A DNA stretch of 64,000 nucleotides from a virus (lineage: Duplodnaviria > Heunggongvirae > Uroviricota > Caudoviricetes > Herelleviridae), in IMG/VR virus record IMGVR_UViG_3300020128_000040; one strand, given 5' to 3'. Shown in pieces: positions 19,180-28,245 of the stretch; within the stretch, counting starts at the first letter, position 1, and each line of letters opens with the position of its first letter. A program made the translations under genes and the position numbers. The notes under the pieces were generated by a model. It worked only from the letters and a program-made list of their open reading frames with translations, was not told the DNA's origin and did not search any database.

Positions 19180-19710
19180 GGCGAATGGCCTGGTCAGAGT
19201 GGGAAGACGTGTGGCAGCCGGGCTGGCCGCTCGTGGAAAAGGGCTGATCAGAGGGGTGATCGTCCTCCCGTGTCGCGGTTGTCGCGCTTCTTGCCAAAAA
19301 AAGCGCGACACAAGAAACCCCTGGTCAGCGGCTGGAAACGACAAAGCTGTCACGGATCTCTTTTCTAAAAGTGTGACAGTATAAATACCTGGTCACAGAT
19401 ATGAAACACGTCCTGTGTCGCGGTTGTCGCGGTTCTATACGACCTTTACATGCGTGCACGCATGCGCACACGCATACGATGAGTTTTACGAAAAAAAGCG
19501 AGACAACCGCGACAAACGCTGTTCTTGGTGTGCTGACCAGGGAAAAGGGGTGTCGCGCTTTTCCTCGGGCGATTTCGAGAAGTGTGACGCTGTTTCTGGA
19601 ATGTGCTCCTGACCAGGGATTCCCCTCCTGGGGGCTGTCGCGGTTCTCAGACCCCAAAAGCGCGACACGATTTCAGTGAAGATACGTCTGACCAGGGATT
19701 CCCTCTGCAT
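19180..19710. repeat. mirror-symmetric repeat array, candidate replication origin
   Basis: TGTCGCGGTTGTCGC at 19271 and 19416, inverted at 19498-19514; CCTGGTCA copies on the left and CTGACCAGGG at 19533/19609/19688 on the right; A-tracts. Non-coding and immediately upstream of the SF3 helicase. Confidence 0.7.
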
Positions 19711-19822
19711 GAGTCCGCCGGACCCCTCGACCACGTGCCGGTGCCCGGCGGCGAAGCGAAGGCCCCGGTCCCAGCGACAGGGTCGCCAGGGCCGGGGCCA
19801 TCACGGTCAGGGAGCGGGCCTC

Positions 19823-20497
19823 TCAGCCAGCGGCGGGGCACTGCGCCCAGATGCCGCGGGAGGCGGCCTGGGCCTCGGACTGCTCGGCGGCGTACTCGTC
19901 GCCGTCGGCGTGCGCCAGGCCCTCGGACACGAGGCGGGCGCCCAGGGGCGACCCGTCCACGGCCAGGGCCATGTAGCGGGGGCCGTCGGGTTCGATGGCG
20001 GCGTCCACCTCGGCGGCGGTGGCCTCGAAGACGTAGGTCGGCAGGACCTCCTCGCGCACCTGCGGGCCCCAGACCAGCCCGGCCTCCTGGCCGTGCAGCT
20101 GGTTGAGCAGCGCCACGGCGCCGTCGTAGGACGCCTCAGCGCCGCACTGGCCGGTCTCCGGCGCCTTGACGCCGGACACGCGGACGAGCCACGTGCGGTC
20201 GGAGCGCTCGTACGGCTCGGTCGAGCCGTCGGCCATCACGGCTTCCACGACCCGCAGGTCGAGGGCGTCACTCCAGCGCAGGTCCACCAGCGCGAGCCGG
20301 TAGGACACGGGCGCCTGCTCGGGCGCCTCGGCGCTCGGGGACGGTGACGGGGTCGCCATGACCTCCTGGGAGGCCTTGGTCGGGGCGGGGGTCGAGGCTG
20401 GCGCCTCGGGGGACCCCTGGCCCGCGCACCCGCTCAGGAGCACGGCTCCGACGGCTACTGCGGCCAGGGACTTGATGACGGTGTTCACAAGGGACAT
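19823..20497 (-). CDS. lipoprotein with thermonuclease (SNase)-like fold
   Basis: Lipobox LLSGC; VRVSGVKAPE..QCGAEA; LVSEGLA; EAQAASRGIWA. Confidence 0.7.
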   Translation of the reverse strand: MSLVNTVIKSLAAVAVGAVLLSGCAGQGSPEAPASTPAPTKASQEVMATPSPSPSAEAPEQAPVSYRLALVDLRWSDALDLRVVEAVMADGSTEPYERSDRTWLVRVSGVKAPETGQCGAEASYDGAVALLNQLHGQEAGLVWGPQVREEVLPTYVFEATAAEVDAAIEPDGPRYMALAVDGSPLGARLVSEGLAHADGDEYAAEQSEAQAASRGIWAQCPAAG

Positions 20498-20757
20498 GTC
20501 GGGTCCCTCCTCTCTAGGCTCTTGCGGCGAGCTGGCGCCGCTCGTAGAATGGGCTGCAGTGCATCGGGTGCACGAAGTGGCGACTGACAGTCGTTCGGGA
20601 GGGGTCGCCGTGGGAGGCGGCCCCTCCCTTCACATTTCACAGGGGGAGGGCGCCGGCATGGCGCCTGGCAAGCCCCCTGGGGGCGGTGCCGCGGGTGGCT
20701 CCGCCGGAAGGGCCAGGGGCGCTGTGGGCCCCGGCTCGGGCATATAGGTCGAGCATC

Positions 20758-21099
20758 TCACCTGGCGCCCGCACGGGCCGGCAGCGCCTCGCCGACGGCA
20801 CGCGGGCGCTCGACGACGTAGACGACGTCGAGCACGAGGTCGCGGCGGCCGCCGACGGCGACGACGCTGCGGTCGATGCTGAGCACCGACAGGCGCTCGG
20901 TGCGCTGGAAGAGCTCGTGGGTCGAGCGGATGCGCGCCTGCAGCGCGGCCTCGCTCTTCGCCGAGATGCGGATGCGGTGGTAGGAGCCCTCGTCGAGGGT
21001 CACCGGGCTGTTCCACAGCGGCACATTCAGCTTCAGGTCAATGGGCAGCGGGGCCTGGAGGCGCCCCGCAGAGTCGTACTTCACACGTCCGATGATCAT
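20758..21099 (-). CDS. hypothetical protein
   Basis: AGGAAGGAGG RBS before MIIGRVKYD; 113 aa. Confidence 0.7.
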   Translation of the reverse strand: MIIGRVKYDSAGRLQAPLPIDLKLNVPLWNSPVTLDEGSYHRIRISAKSEAALQARIRSTHELFQRTERLSVLSIDRSVVAVGGRRDLVLDVVYVVERPRAVGEALPARAGAR

Positions 21100-21355
21100 C
21101 TGGACCACCTCCTTCCTCTCGCTCCGCGGGCCCCCTCGTGGGGCCTCCTCGCGGGAGAGCACCAAGCTCTCACCCAACCACCCGGACGACCGGCGCGAGC
21201 CTCGGTCGTCCACCAGCCGCGAGCACAGACAAGCCCAAGACTACCGGCCGACCACGTCGGCACGGTAGGCTTGCAAGTGCGTATCCGTTGGAAACCCAAC
21301 GGAACACGCTTTTGAGAAGGACTCACGGACCGACAGCAGGAAGGAACGATCAGGG

Positions 21356-21667
21356 ATGCAGAAGGACACGATCACGGAAAGGCTCGCGGCAGCGGAGGGC
21401 GAGCTGCGCTCGCTGCGCGAGGACATCGAGGCGGGCGCCGCCCCGCAGGGCGGCACGCAGGCGTTCGCCGACGCCCAGATCAGGGCGTTCGGCTCCTGGG
21501 TGCTGGACCTGCTCGGCTTCGAGGGCGAGGACGCCTTCGACAACGTCGGCGAGGCCAGGACCCTCCTGGTCCCGCTCATCGCCAAGGGCCGCCCCCGCGA
21601 GGACGCCGGCTCGGCTGACGACGACGCGGGGGACGGCTTCGTGGACATCTTCGCCGACGAGGACTAG
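21356..21667 (+). CDS. hypothetical acidic protein
   Basis: AGGAAGGA RBS, N-terminal coiled coil, acidic C-terminus. Confidence 0.7.
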   Translation: MQKDTITERLAAAEGELRSLREDIEAGAAPQGGTQAFADAQIRAFGSWVLDLLGFEGEDAFDNVGEARTLLVPLIAKGRPREDAGSADDDAGDGFVDIFADED

Positions 21668-22443
21668 CCCTCGTCCGGGCCGGCCACCTCGAGCAGGGCC
21701 ACGACAGGCATCGCCGCAGCCAGCACGAGCAGGGCGATGGCGGCGGGGTGGGCGGCCAGGGCGATGACCTGGGACGGCACCGCCAGGGCGGCCAGGTTGA
21801 ACAGCGCGTGGCCGGCGACGACCACCCACAGCCTGCGGCCGAAGGCGGTGTAGACGGCGCACAGCACCAGCGCCATCGGCAGCGTGGCCGCGACCTGCAC
21901 GATGTTGCCGTGCAGGAGCGCGAAGAGCGCCGACGAGGCCACCGCGGCGGCCCACAGGGGCCACACCCTGGAGAGGCGGTCGTAGAAGATACCCCTCATC
22001 AGCGCCTCCTCGCCCACCGGGGCGAGCAGGAGGGTGGTGAGCAGCACCAGCCACACCGGGGCAGAGCCCATCGTCTCGCGGGACAGGTCGTAGGTCGGCG
22101 AGCCGAAGCGCGCGTAGAGCGCCACGGCGAGGCCCTGGCCCAGCAGGAACGCCCCGGCGAGGGCGCCCACGGCCAGCAGCCACGGCCTCAGCGAGCCCCG
22201 CGCGGCCACAGGCAGCGACCCGGGGGCCCGGAACGACCCCGTCGAGAGGCGCTTCACGGCGGCGAAGCAGGCCAGCGCCGCCACGGACGACCCGGCGGCC
22301 CCGGCGACCGGGGAGCCCGTGAAGTACACGACTCCCAGGCCCGCCAGGGCGTACACGGCGAACGACCCGACGAGGGCCGCGACGACCCCCATCGGGCGCC
22401 CCAGGAGCCGGGCGGCGCGGCCCTCTTTGCGGTTATCAGCCAT
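21664..22443 (-). CDS. CPBP (CAAX/Abi) family intramembrane metalloprotease
   Basis: APVGEEALMRG, SSALFALLHG and HALFN motifs with multiple TM helices. Confidence 0.9.
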   Translation of the reverse strand: MADNRKEGRAARLLGRPMGVVAALVGSFAVYALAGLGVVYFTGSPVAGAAGSSVAALACFAAVKRLSTGSFRAPGSLPVAARGSLRPWLLAVGALAGAFLLGQGLAVALYARFGSPTYDLSRETMGSAPVWLVLLTTLLLAPVGEEALMRGIFYDRLSRVWPLWAAAVASSALFALLHGNIVQVAATLPMALVLCAVYTAFGRRLWVVVAGHALFNLAALAVPSQVIALAAHPAAIALLVLAAAMPVVALLEVAGPDEG

Positions 22444-24424
22444 CACTGCCCTCCTCCACGAGCCTCTCGACGGTGAACTGCGGGGACTCCATGCCCTGGA
22501 ACGAGTTGATCGAGAGCTTGGCCCGCACGCGGATGACAGCCTCGCCAGGCACGGGCGAGGCGGCGCGGTCGCGTAGCTCGTCGGCGTGCTCGGCAGCGCC
22601 CCACCACAGGATCTTGAGGCCCGCCTGGGTGACCAGGCGCAGGTGGGAGCGGTCGGAGCCAATCACGTCCACCCGGCACGATGCCAGGTTCAGCACCAGC
22701 TCGAACTCCGGGACGGGGAAGGCGTGGCCGAACGGGCGGGCGTCCTCCAGGGTGAGGCCCATGTCGAGCAGCTCCCCGGGGTCGTCCATCGGGGCGTCGC
22801 AGTCGGGCGACGGCCCCAACCGCAGGGCGGGGGCGCCAGCCTCGTCCAGCGAGCCGTCGAGCCGCTTGGCCTCCAGCACGGCGTTGGCCGCGTCCCGCAG
22901 GGCGGCCGCGAACGCGGCCACGTCGGCCTCGTCGCGCATGCGCACCCCGCAGGCCTGCTCGTGACCCACGGCGGTGAAGCCGGCGGCGGTCATCGTGGTG
23001 ATGACCTGGAACCACATCGGGGCGCGGGCGGAGCCGCCACGGCGGGCGGAGGGGTCGTCGGAGGCGCCGACGACCACCACGGGCATGCCCGTCTCGGACA
23101 TCAGGCGGGAGGCGAGCAGGCCCATCATCCCGGTGGGGGCCTCGGTCGACCACACCCACGGGGCGTACGGCTGGGGCGCCGCGAGCAGCTCCTCCATGTA
23201 CGCCTCGGTCCAGGCCTTGCGCAGCTCGTTGCAGTCGAGCACGGCCTTGGCGTGCTCGAACTTGGCCTCGGGCGTCGGCGCCGTGAAGACCCCGAAGGCG
23301 TCGGCCATCGAGCCGCCCACGCGCCGGATGGCGTTGAACGCCGGCGACAGGTAGAAGGCGTAGAACTCCTCGTTCAGCGACGACACGCTGCGCAGCTTCC
23401 CGGGCCGGCGCTCGAACACGGGCTCGCCGTCGTCGCCGACGACCTGGTCGCCGTCCTCGTCGAGGACAGGCACCAGCGGGCCGTGCTCGCGGAAGGCGCG
23501 CAGAGCCAGGGCGAAGCCCTCGAAGGCGCCGAGGAACGGCGTCGAGTGCTGCCTGGAGAGCAGCAGCGACATGAGCATCGACGTCTCCACCTCGTACGGG
23601 GTGGCGAGGTCGGCCGCGGGCAGCGGCACGTACAGCATGCGGGCGATCGCGAGCGAGTCGCGGACCAGCTGGCGGTTCTCGTACAGCAGGGGCATCACGT
23701 CGGAGACGGTGCCGATGCCAGCGAACAGCTTGAGCAGGTCGATGTCACGGCTCTTGTGCGGGGCGTAGCGCCGCGCGTAGGCCGCGAGCACCTGCCACAG
23801 CACGAAGGCGCCGCAGATGCCAGGGTGCGGGTAGTTCTCGTCGATGCGCATCGGGTTCACGATCACGTCGGCGGGCGAGCCGTGGTCCAGCTGCATGTGG
23901 TGGTCGGTCACCAGCATCGTCAGGCCCAGCTGCTTGCCGCGGCCGATGCCCGCGTGGGAGTTGACGCCCCCGTCGCAGGTGATGACGGCGGACACGCCGG
24001 GGAACTGGGCGACCAGCTCGTCCACGGCCTCCGGCTGGATGTCGTGGCCGCGGCGGTAGTCGGGCACGTAGAGCCCGACGTTGAAGCCCAGCTCGGCGAG
24101 CCCGGCGTAGCCGAGGACGCCGGAGGTCACGCCGTCCATGTCGAAGTCGGGCAGCACGACGATGCGGCGGCCGGAGGAGCGGATCTCGTGCAGGGCGTCG
24201 ACCATCAGGCCGATGTCCTTCAGCTCGGGGTAGTACGGGTCGTTGATCTCGGCGATGTACTCGTCGGTCCAGCCCAGGCTCTCGCGCAGCAGCCCGAACA
24301 GCGACGAGCCGCGGTCGGAGGGGATGAAGATGATGGGCTCGGGGGCGGGCCCCCCGGGCAGCGCCCCCATCAGCGGGGCGGTGAGCTCGTCGGGCTCGAC
24401 GGGCTCGGTCACGGTGTCGGCCAT
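22436..24424 (-). CDS. recJ: RecJ-like DHH exonuclease
   Basis: DFDMDGVTS, ITCDGG, VTDHH, YPHPGICGA, GTVSDVMPL..ENR, GSAR, GHEQACG motifs. Confidence 0.88.
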   Translation of the reverse strand: MADTVTEPVEPDELTAPLMGALPGGPAPEPIIFIPSDRGSSLFGLLRESLGWTDEYIAEINDPYYPELKDIGLMVDALHEIRSSGRRIVVLPDFDMDGVTSGVLGYAGLAELGFNVGLYVPDYRRGHDIQPEAVDELVAQFPGVSAVITCDGGVNSHAGIGRGKQLGLTMLVTDHHMQLDHGSPADVIVNPMRIDENYPHPGICGAFVLWQVLAAYARRYAPHKSRDIDLLKLFAGIGTVSDVMPLLYENRQLVRDSLAIARMLYVPLPAADLATPYEVETSMLMSLLLSRQHSTPFLGAFEGFALALRAFREHGPLVPVLDEDGDQVVGDDGEPVFERRPGKLRSVSSLNEEFYAFYLSPAFNAIRRVGGSMADAFGVFTAPTPEAKFEHAKAVLDCNELRKAWTEAYMEELLAAPQPYAPWVWSTEAPTGMMGLLASRLMSETGMPVVVVGASDDPSARRGGSARAPMWFQVITTMTAAGFTAVGHEQACGVRMRDEADVAAFAAALRDAANAVLEAKRLDGSLDEAGAPALRLGPSPDCDAPMDDPGELLDMGLTLEDARPFGHAFPVPEFELVLNLASCRVDVIGSDRSHLRLVTQAGLKILWWGAAEHADELRDRAASPVPGEAVIRVRAKLSINSFQGMESPQFTVERLVEEGSDG

Positions 24425-24531
24425 GGGCCGGCCTCCTGTTCTCTCAAGATGGTCGGGTCACCCGCCATTCTAACATGGTAGGGGTCGTTTCCCCTGATAA
24501 AACAAAGGAAACGACCCCTCTACGGGTGGCC

Positions 24532-25110
24532 TCAGGCCTGGGCAGAGCCCTCGGCCTCACCAGGGAGCTCCGTCTGCGGGGCGTGCCCCACGTGGAACAC
24601 CCGGCGCGAGTACGCGCCGGAGGCCGAGCGGACGAGCCCGCGCTCAGGGGCGTCCATCATCAGCATGTCGCGGCCGGCGAACTGGAGGGCCTCCAGCACC
24701 ACCCCGGGCAGGGTGGCCAGGGAGAAGTCGAGGTCGGCGCGCTCGACCGCGTGGTCGAGGTGCTCGGACATCGACCCCACGCAGGCGGGCACCACCACGA
24801 CCGAGGCCGGCATGGTGGCTGCCTCGGCGGGGTCCACCGGCTCGATGGCCGCGGCCTGGCCGAGCAGGCGCTCGGTCTCAGGGTCGTCGGTGTCGATCTC
24901 GGGGCCGAGGTCCATCACCGTGTAGGCGATGCCGGCCCGCTGGAAGGCCGCCGCGGCGGCGACCCCCGCGGGGGTGATCAGGTCCACGTAGCCGTGCTCG
25001 ACGCCGTGGGCGCCGATCAGGGAGGCCGTGGTCTCGTCCACGAGCAGCGCGGACGCGCGGGAGTCGGCGAACACGGCCATGGCCTTGGGCGGTCGGATGT
25101 CTTGGGTCAC
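24532..25110 (-). CDS. hypothetical protein
   Basis: GTG start with GAGGAGG RBS and GTGA overlap; GC3-rich codons. Confidence 0.65.
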   Translation of the reverse strand: MTQDIRPPKAMAVFADSRASALLVDETTASLIGAHGVEHGYVDLITPAGVAAAAAFQRAGIAYTVMDLGPEIDTDDPETERLLGQAAAIEPVDPAEAATMPASVVVVPACVGSMSEHLDHAVERADLDFSLATLPGVVLEALQFAGRDMLMMDAPERGLVRSASGAYSRRVFHVGHAPQTELPGEAEGSAQA

Positions 25111-25793
25111 TTGTCCTCCTCGGACTCGGATGGGATGGTGGCCCCGGCTGGGGCCTGCACGGTGGCGGTCACAGTGCCCGGCTCGACCTCGGTCAGCCCG
25201 GCGTCCCGGACGGCGATGACGGCGTCACGGGCCTCCTCTGCCTCCTCGACCCTGACGACGGGCCGGCGCAGCCAGCGGTCGCGCACGTGCTCGCCGCTCA
25301 GCAGCAGCCACAGGCACACCGCGTGGGCCGCCTGGGCGGAGGCCTTCCCGGTGGACATGGCGGCCGACGGCGAGAGCCGCACCAGCGGCACGAGCAGCCG
25401 GGCGGCCGGGTCGGCCCTGGGGACCGGCCCCGACTGGGGTAGGGACCTGTCGGCGTCCAGGCCGGAGACCTGGAGCGAGCGCAGCTCGCGCGGCATCGCG
25501 TCATAGGCCATGGGTGGGAACGCCATGGCCACGGCCTCGCCGCTGGAGGCGGTGGAGACCTCGATGCCGAGGCCCTCGGCCACGGCCACGAGGCGGTCCC
25601 ACTGCGTCTGGCGCGAGACCCGGCGCACGCTCTTGGTGAACCGGCCCTCGAGCCACGCCACCCAGCGGGGGTCCAGGGGGTCCGACCGCAGCAGCGCCAG
25701 CCCAGAGGCGGCGGCGACGGCAGCGCAGGTGTCTAGGTGCCCGGCGGGCCTCACGGCGACGGCCTGCACCAGCTCAGACGGGCTGCGGCTCAT
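25107..25793 (-). CDS. peptidyl-tRNA hydrolase, Pth2-like
   Basis: MSTGKASAQAAHA, VVRV and AVRDAGLTEVEPGTVT match the PTH2 signature motifs. Confidence 0.8.
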   Translation of the reverse strand: MSRSPSELVQAVAVRPAGHLDTCAAVAAASGLALLRSDPLDPRWVAWLEGRFTKSVRRVSRQTQWDRLVAVAEGLGIEVSTASSGEAVAMAFPPMAYDAMPRELRSLQVSGLDADRSLPQSGPVPRADPAARLLVPLVRLSPSAAMSTGKASAQAAHAVCLWLLLSGEHVRDRWLRRPVVRVEEAEEARDAVIAVRDAGLTEVEPGTVTATVQAPAGATIPSESEEDK

Positions 25794-26338
25794 GCGGGGA
25801 CCTCCAGGGCGTAGACGTCCACGACGTCGCGGGCGAGCCGGGCCCACGCCGGGCGGAGCAGGTCCACCCGCGCGGAGAACTCCGCCTTGTCCTTGACGCC
25901 CTCGAAGAACGAGGGGTCGACGCCGAGGTACGAGGCGGCGCGCTCGGCCCTGGTCATCTCCTTGTACCCCTCGGGGTACGTGAGCGGGTAGCCAGAACGG
26001 TCGTGCTTCTCCGCCGTGAACCAGAACCAGGCGTTCTCCACGGCGTACATCGGCTCGCCGGTCACAGCGTTGTCGAGGTGGGCCCGCGCCATCAGCGCCA
26101 GCCATGGGAAGGCGGCGAGGATCTCCTCGACGCACTGCCCGCCACTGTCGGGCTCGGACGGGAAGCGGCCGTTCTCGCGCATCTCCCACACCGATCCGGT
26201 GAGGGAGAAGTAGGGTGGCTGGTCGCCGATGTGGGCGAGGCCGTAGACGGCCTCGACCCTGATCGTGCGGCCCTCGTGCTCGATGACGCGGCGCACGGTG
26301 CGGCTCCTGCGCCGCGTGATTTCCTGGGTAGACGACAT
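25790..26338 (-). CDS. hypothetical protein
   Basis: 182 aa, RBS present, ATGA overlap with the next gene. Confidence 0.7.
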   Translation of the reverse strand: MSSTQEITRRRSRTVRRVIEHEGRTIRVEAVYGLAHIGDQPPYFSLTGSVWEMRENGRFPSEPDSGGQCVEEILAAFPWLALMARAHLDNAVTGEPMYAVENAWFWFTAEKHDRSGYPLTYPEGYKEMTRAERAASYLGVDPSFFEGVKDKAEFSARVDLLRPAWARLARDVVDVYALEVPA

Positions 26339-26341
26339 GGC

Positions 26342-26515
26342 CTAGCCCTCCTTCTGCTCGTCTATCTGCTTGCGGTCGCGCACGGCCCTGGTGCCCTTGC
26401 GGGGCGCGGGCACGTGCGGGGACGACGCGCTGGACCTGCGCAGCTCGCGCATGGCAGCGGCCATCTCGGGATTGGCGACCCGCCACGGGCGGTCGCGCTT
26501 CTTCTTGGCGCCCAT
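26342..26515 (-). CDS. small basic protein
   Basis: MGAKKKRDRPW...MRELRRSSASSPH, 57 aa, RBS GAGAGGGG. Confidence 0.6.
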   Translation of the reverse strand: MGAKKKRDRPWRVANPEMAAAMRELRRSSASSPHVPAPRKGTRAVRDRKQIDEQKEG

Positions 26516-26528
26516 GGCGGGCCCCCTC

Positions 26529-26747
26529 TCATTGTGTCGGCTGCACGTGGTCGGGGCAGCGGGTGGGTCCGACGGACCAGCCCATGGAGACGAACTCCGC
26601 GGCCAGCTCTGCGTCGGTCTTGGAATACGAGCCCTCGATGCGCGCGGAGGCCGGGCACCCACCGGGGTGGGCGCACTCGACGACCGCGTACTGCGGGCCC
26701 TTGTCGTGGTCGGCCATGATGGCGGCCAGCCTGGCTCCTTGCGTCAT
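26529..26747 (-). CDS. small Cys/His protein
   Basis: CAHPGGC...CPDH, 72 aa, overlap-coupled. Confidence 0.6.
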   Translation of the reverse strand: MTQGARLAAIMADHDKGPQYAVVECAHPGGCPASARIEGSYSKTDAELAAEFVSMGWSVGPTRCPDHVQPTQ

Positions 26748-27100
26748 GGCAGGACCCCCTGGGCGCCACGGGCGTCGGGGCAGGGCCACGGGCGCCCGCA
26801 CTGCGAGCAGTGCCGCAGGTCGCGGCCGGGGCCGTCGACGGCCGCCTCCTCGGGGAAGGAGTGGAACGACCAGCAGCACACGGCGTCCTGGTGGTCGCCC
26901 TCGTGGCCCTCGGGCCTGGAGCAGGTCATGACCAGCTCGTCCACCTGCTGGCGGCCGTTGTGGCGGTGCGCCACGGGCCCGTCGGTGCGGGAGCCGCAGG
27001 TGACCCGCCCATGGGGGCGGTGGTCGGCGAGCACGGCCCGCGCGACGGCGACGGGCACCGAGCCGGGCTCGGCCTCCATCAGTTCTGACAGCGCGCTCAC
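26744..27100 (-). CDS. Cys/His-rich putative zinc-binding protein
   Basis: GTG start with GAGAGGAGG RBS; TCSRPEGHEGDH and CSQCGRPWPC motifs. Confidence 0.65.
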   Translation of the reverse strand: MSALSELMEAEPGSVPVAVARAVLADHRPHGRVTCGSRTDGPVAHRHNGRQQVDELVMTCSRPEGHEGDHQDAVCCWSFHSFPEEAAVDGPGRDLRHCSQCGRPWPCPDARGAQGVLP

Positions 27101-27825
27101 GGCGCCTCCTCTCCTGTGGTGACCCGGGCAACCATTGTCAGCTCCTCGAACCGGGCGAGGTACTCGGCCTCGGCGCGCTCCGGCGACCAGGCCTCGACCC
27201 CGACGCCGTACGGCTCGCCCTCCACCGCCCACTGGGCCGGCGGCTCGCCCAGCAGGGCGGCGCGCTCGTCCAGCAGCAGGCGGGTGTCGGCGGCCCCGAC
27301 CTCGCCCGGCATCTTGGGGCTGATGCCGAAGTGGGTGGCGATAGCCACCATGACGCGGTCCTCGGCCTGCCGGTAGGCGGGCATGTGGTTCTTCAGAGGC
27401 CGCACCATGTCGCCCACGTACGCCTCGGTGGCGTCGTGCAGCAGGCCCCACAGGGCGTGCTTGGGCGGGACGACCCGGGAGACGAGCACGCAGTGCTCGG
27501 CCACCGAGTAGAAGCGCCTCACGTGCCCGTTGTAGCGGCACAGCAGCGACAGCGCGTGGGCGATGTCGGCGATGTCGACCTCGGCTGGGTCGGGGTCCAT
27601 CGGGAAAAACTGCCTCCCGGTGTAGGTCTGCAGCCAGCTCCCCCGCGAGCGGACCTCGTTGGGGGCCTGCTCGTCCAGGAGGACGGCCGCCTGGCGCATG
27701 GCCTTGGCCATGCGGTGGCGTGTGAAGTCGGCAAGGGGCACCAGGTCCCCGTCCCGGGTGCCATCGGCGAACCAGGCGCAGGCCTCAAGCTCGCGCGGCA
27801 GGGCACCCTGTCTTGTCTCAGGCAT
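27097..27825 (-). CDS. HD-domain phosphohydrolase (YfbR/YfdR-like deoxynucleotidase)
   Basis: DIAHALSLLCRYNGH, YSVAEH, LLHDATEAYVGD and AD..LL.DE motifs. Confidence 0.85.
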   Translation of the reverse strand: MPETRQGALPRELEACAWFADGTRDGDLVPLADFTRHRMAKAMRQAAVLLDEQAPNEVRSRGSWLQTYTGRQFFPMDPDPAEVDIADIAHALSLLCRYNGHVRRFYSVAEHCVLVSRVVPPKHALWGLLHDATEAYVGDMVRPLKNHMPAYRQAEDRVMVAIATHFGISPKMPGEVGAADTRLLLDERAALLGEPPAQWAVEGEPYGVGVEAWSPERAEAEYLARFEELTMVARVTTGEEAP

Positions 27826-27879
27826 CGGAGCCTGCCTTCCTCCGGGGCCCGTGGCCCCAGTGATAGTGATTTCTGCGGC

Positions 27880-28230
27880 CTATGGCCGCTCGGTGCCGGG
27901 GGCGAGCTCAGCGAGCCCGTCGCGCACGGCGCTGACCAGGGCCCCGTCGGGGTCGGGGTCCTCGAAGAACCCCTCGTCCAGCACCGACAGGATGCCGGTG
28001 GGGCCGTGGGCGGTCGCGCCCAGCGCGGTGGCGCCCCGGACGCAGACGTACTCGTAGGGGTGCTCGTAGCCGCTCGGGGTGCTGCGCGCGGGCACGCGCC
28101 CCTTGATGATGTCCACGACGAGGACGACCCGTGCGAGCAGCTCCTCGTCCTCGGGCACGTCCGGGGCCAGCCCGGCGGCGTCCGCGGACGCGATCAGGGC
28201 CTCAGCGGCCCCCTGGGTGTTGTCAGGCAT
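27880..28230 (-). CDS. hypothetical protein
   Basis: GAGGAAAGGA RBS; 116 aa. Confidence 0.65.
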   Translation of the reverse strand: MPDNTQGAAEALIASADAAGLAPDVPEDEELLARVVLVVDIIKGRVPARSTPSGYEHPYEYVCVRGATALGATAHGPTGILSVLDEGFFEDPDPDGALVSAVRDGLAELAPGTERP

Positions 28231-28245
28231 GGGGTCATCCTTTCC

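Noticed and set aside
19180-19710. CRISPR or transposon terminal inverted repeats
   Set aside because: Repeats are short, nested and irregularly spaced; no transposase or target duplication.
27097-27825. DatZ / Z-genome pathway
   Set aside because: The HD motif alone is not specific and no PurZ-like gene is in the window.
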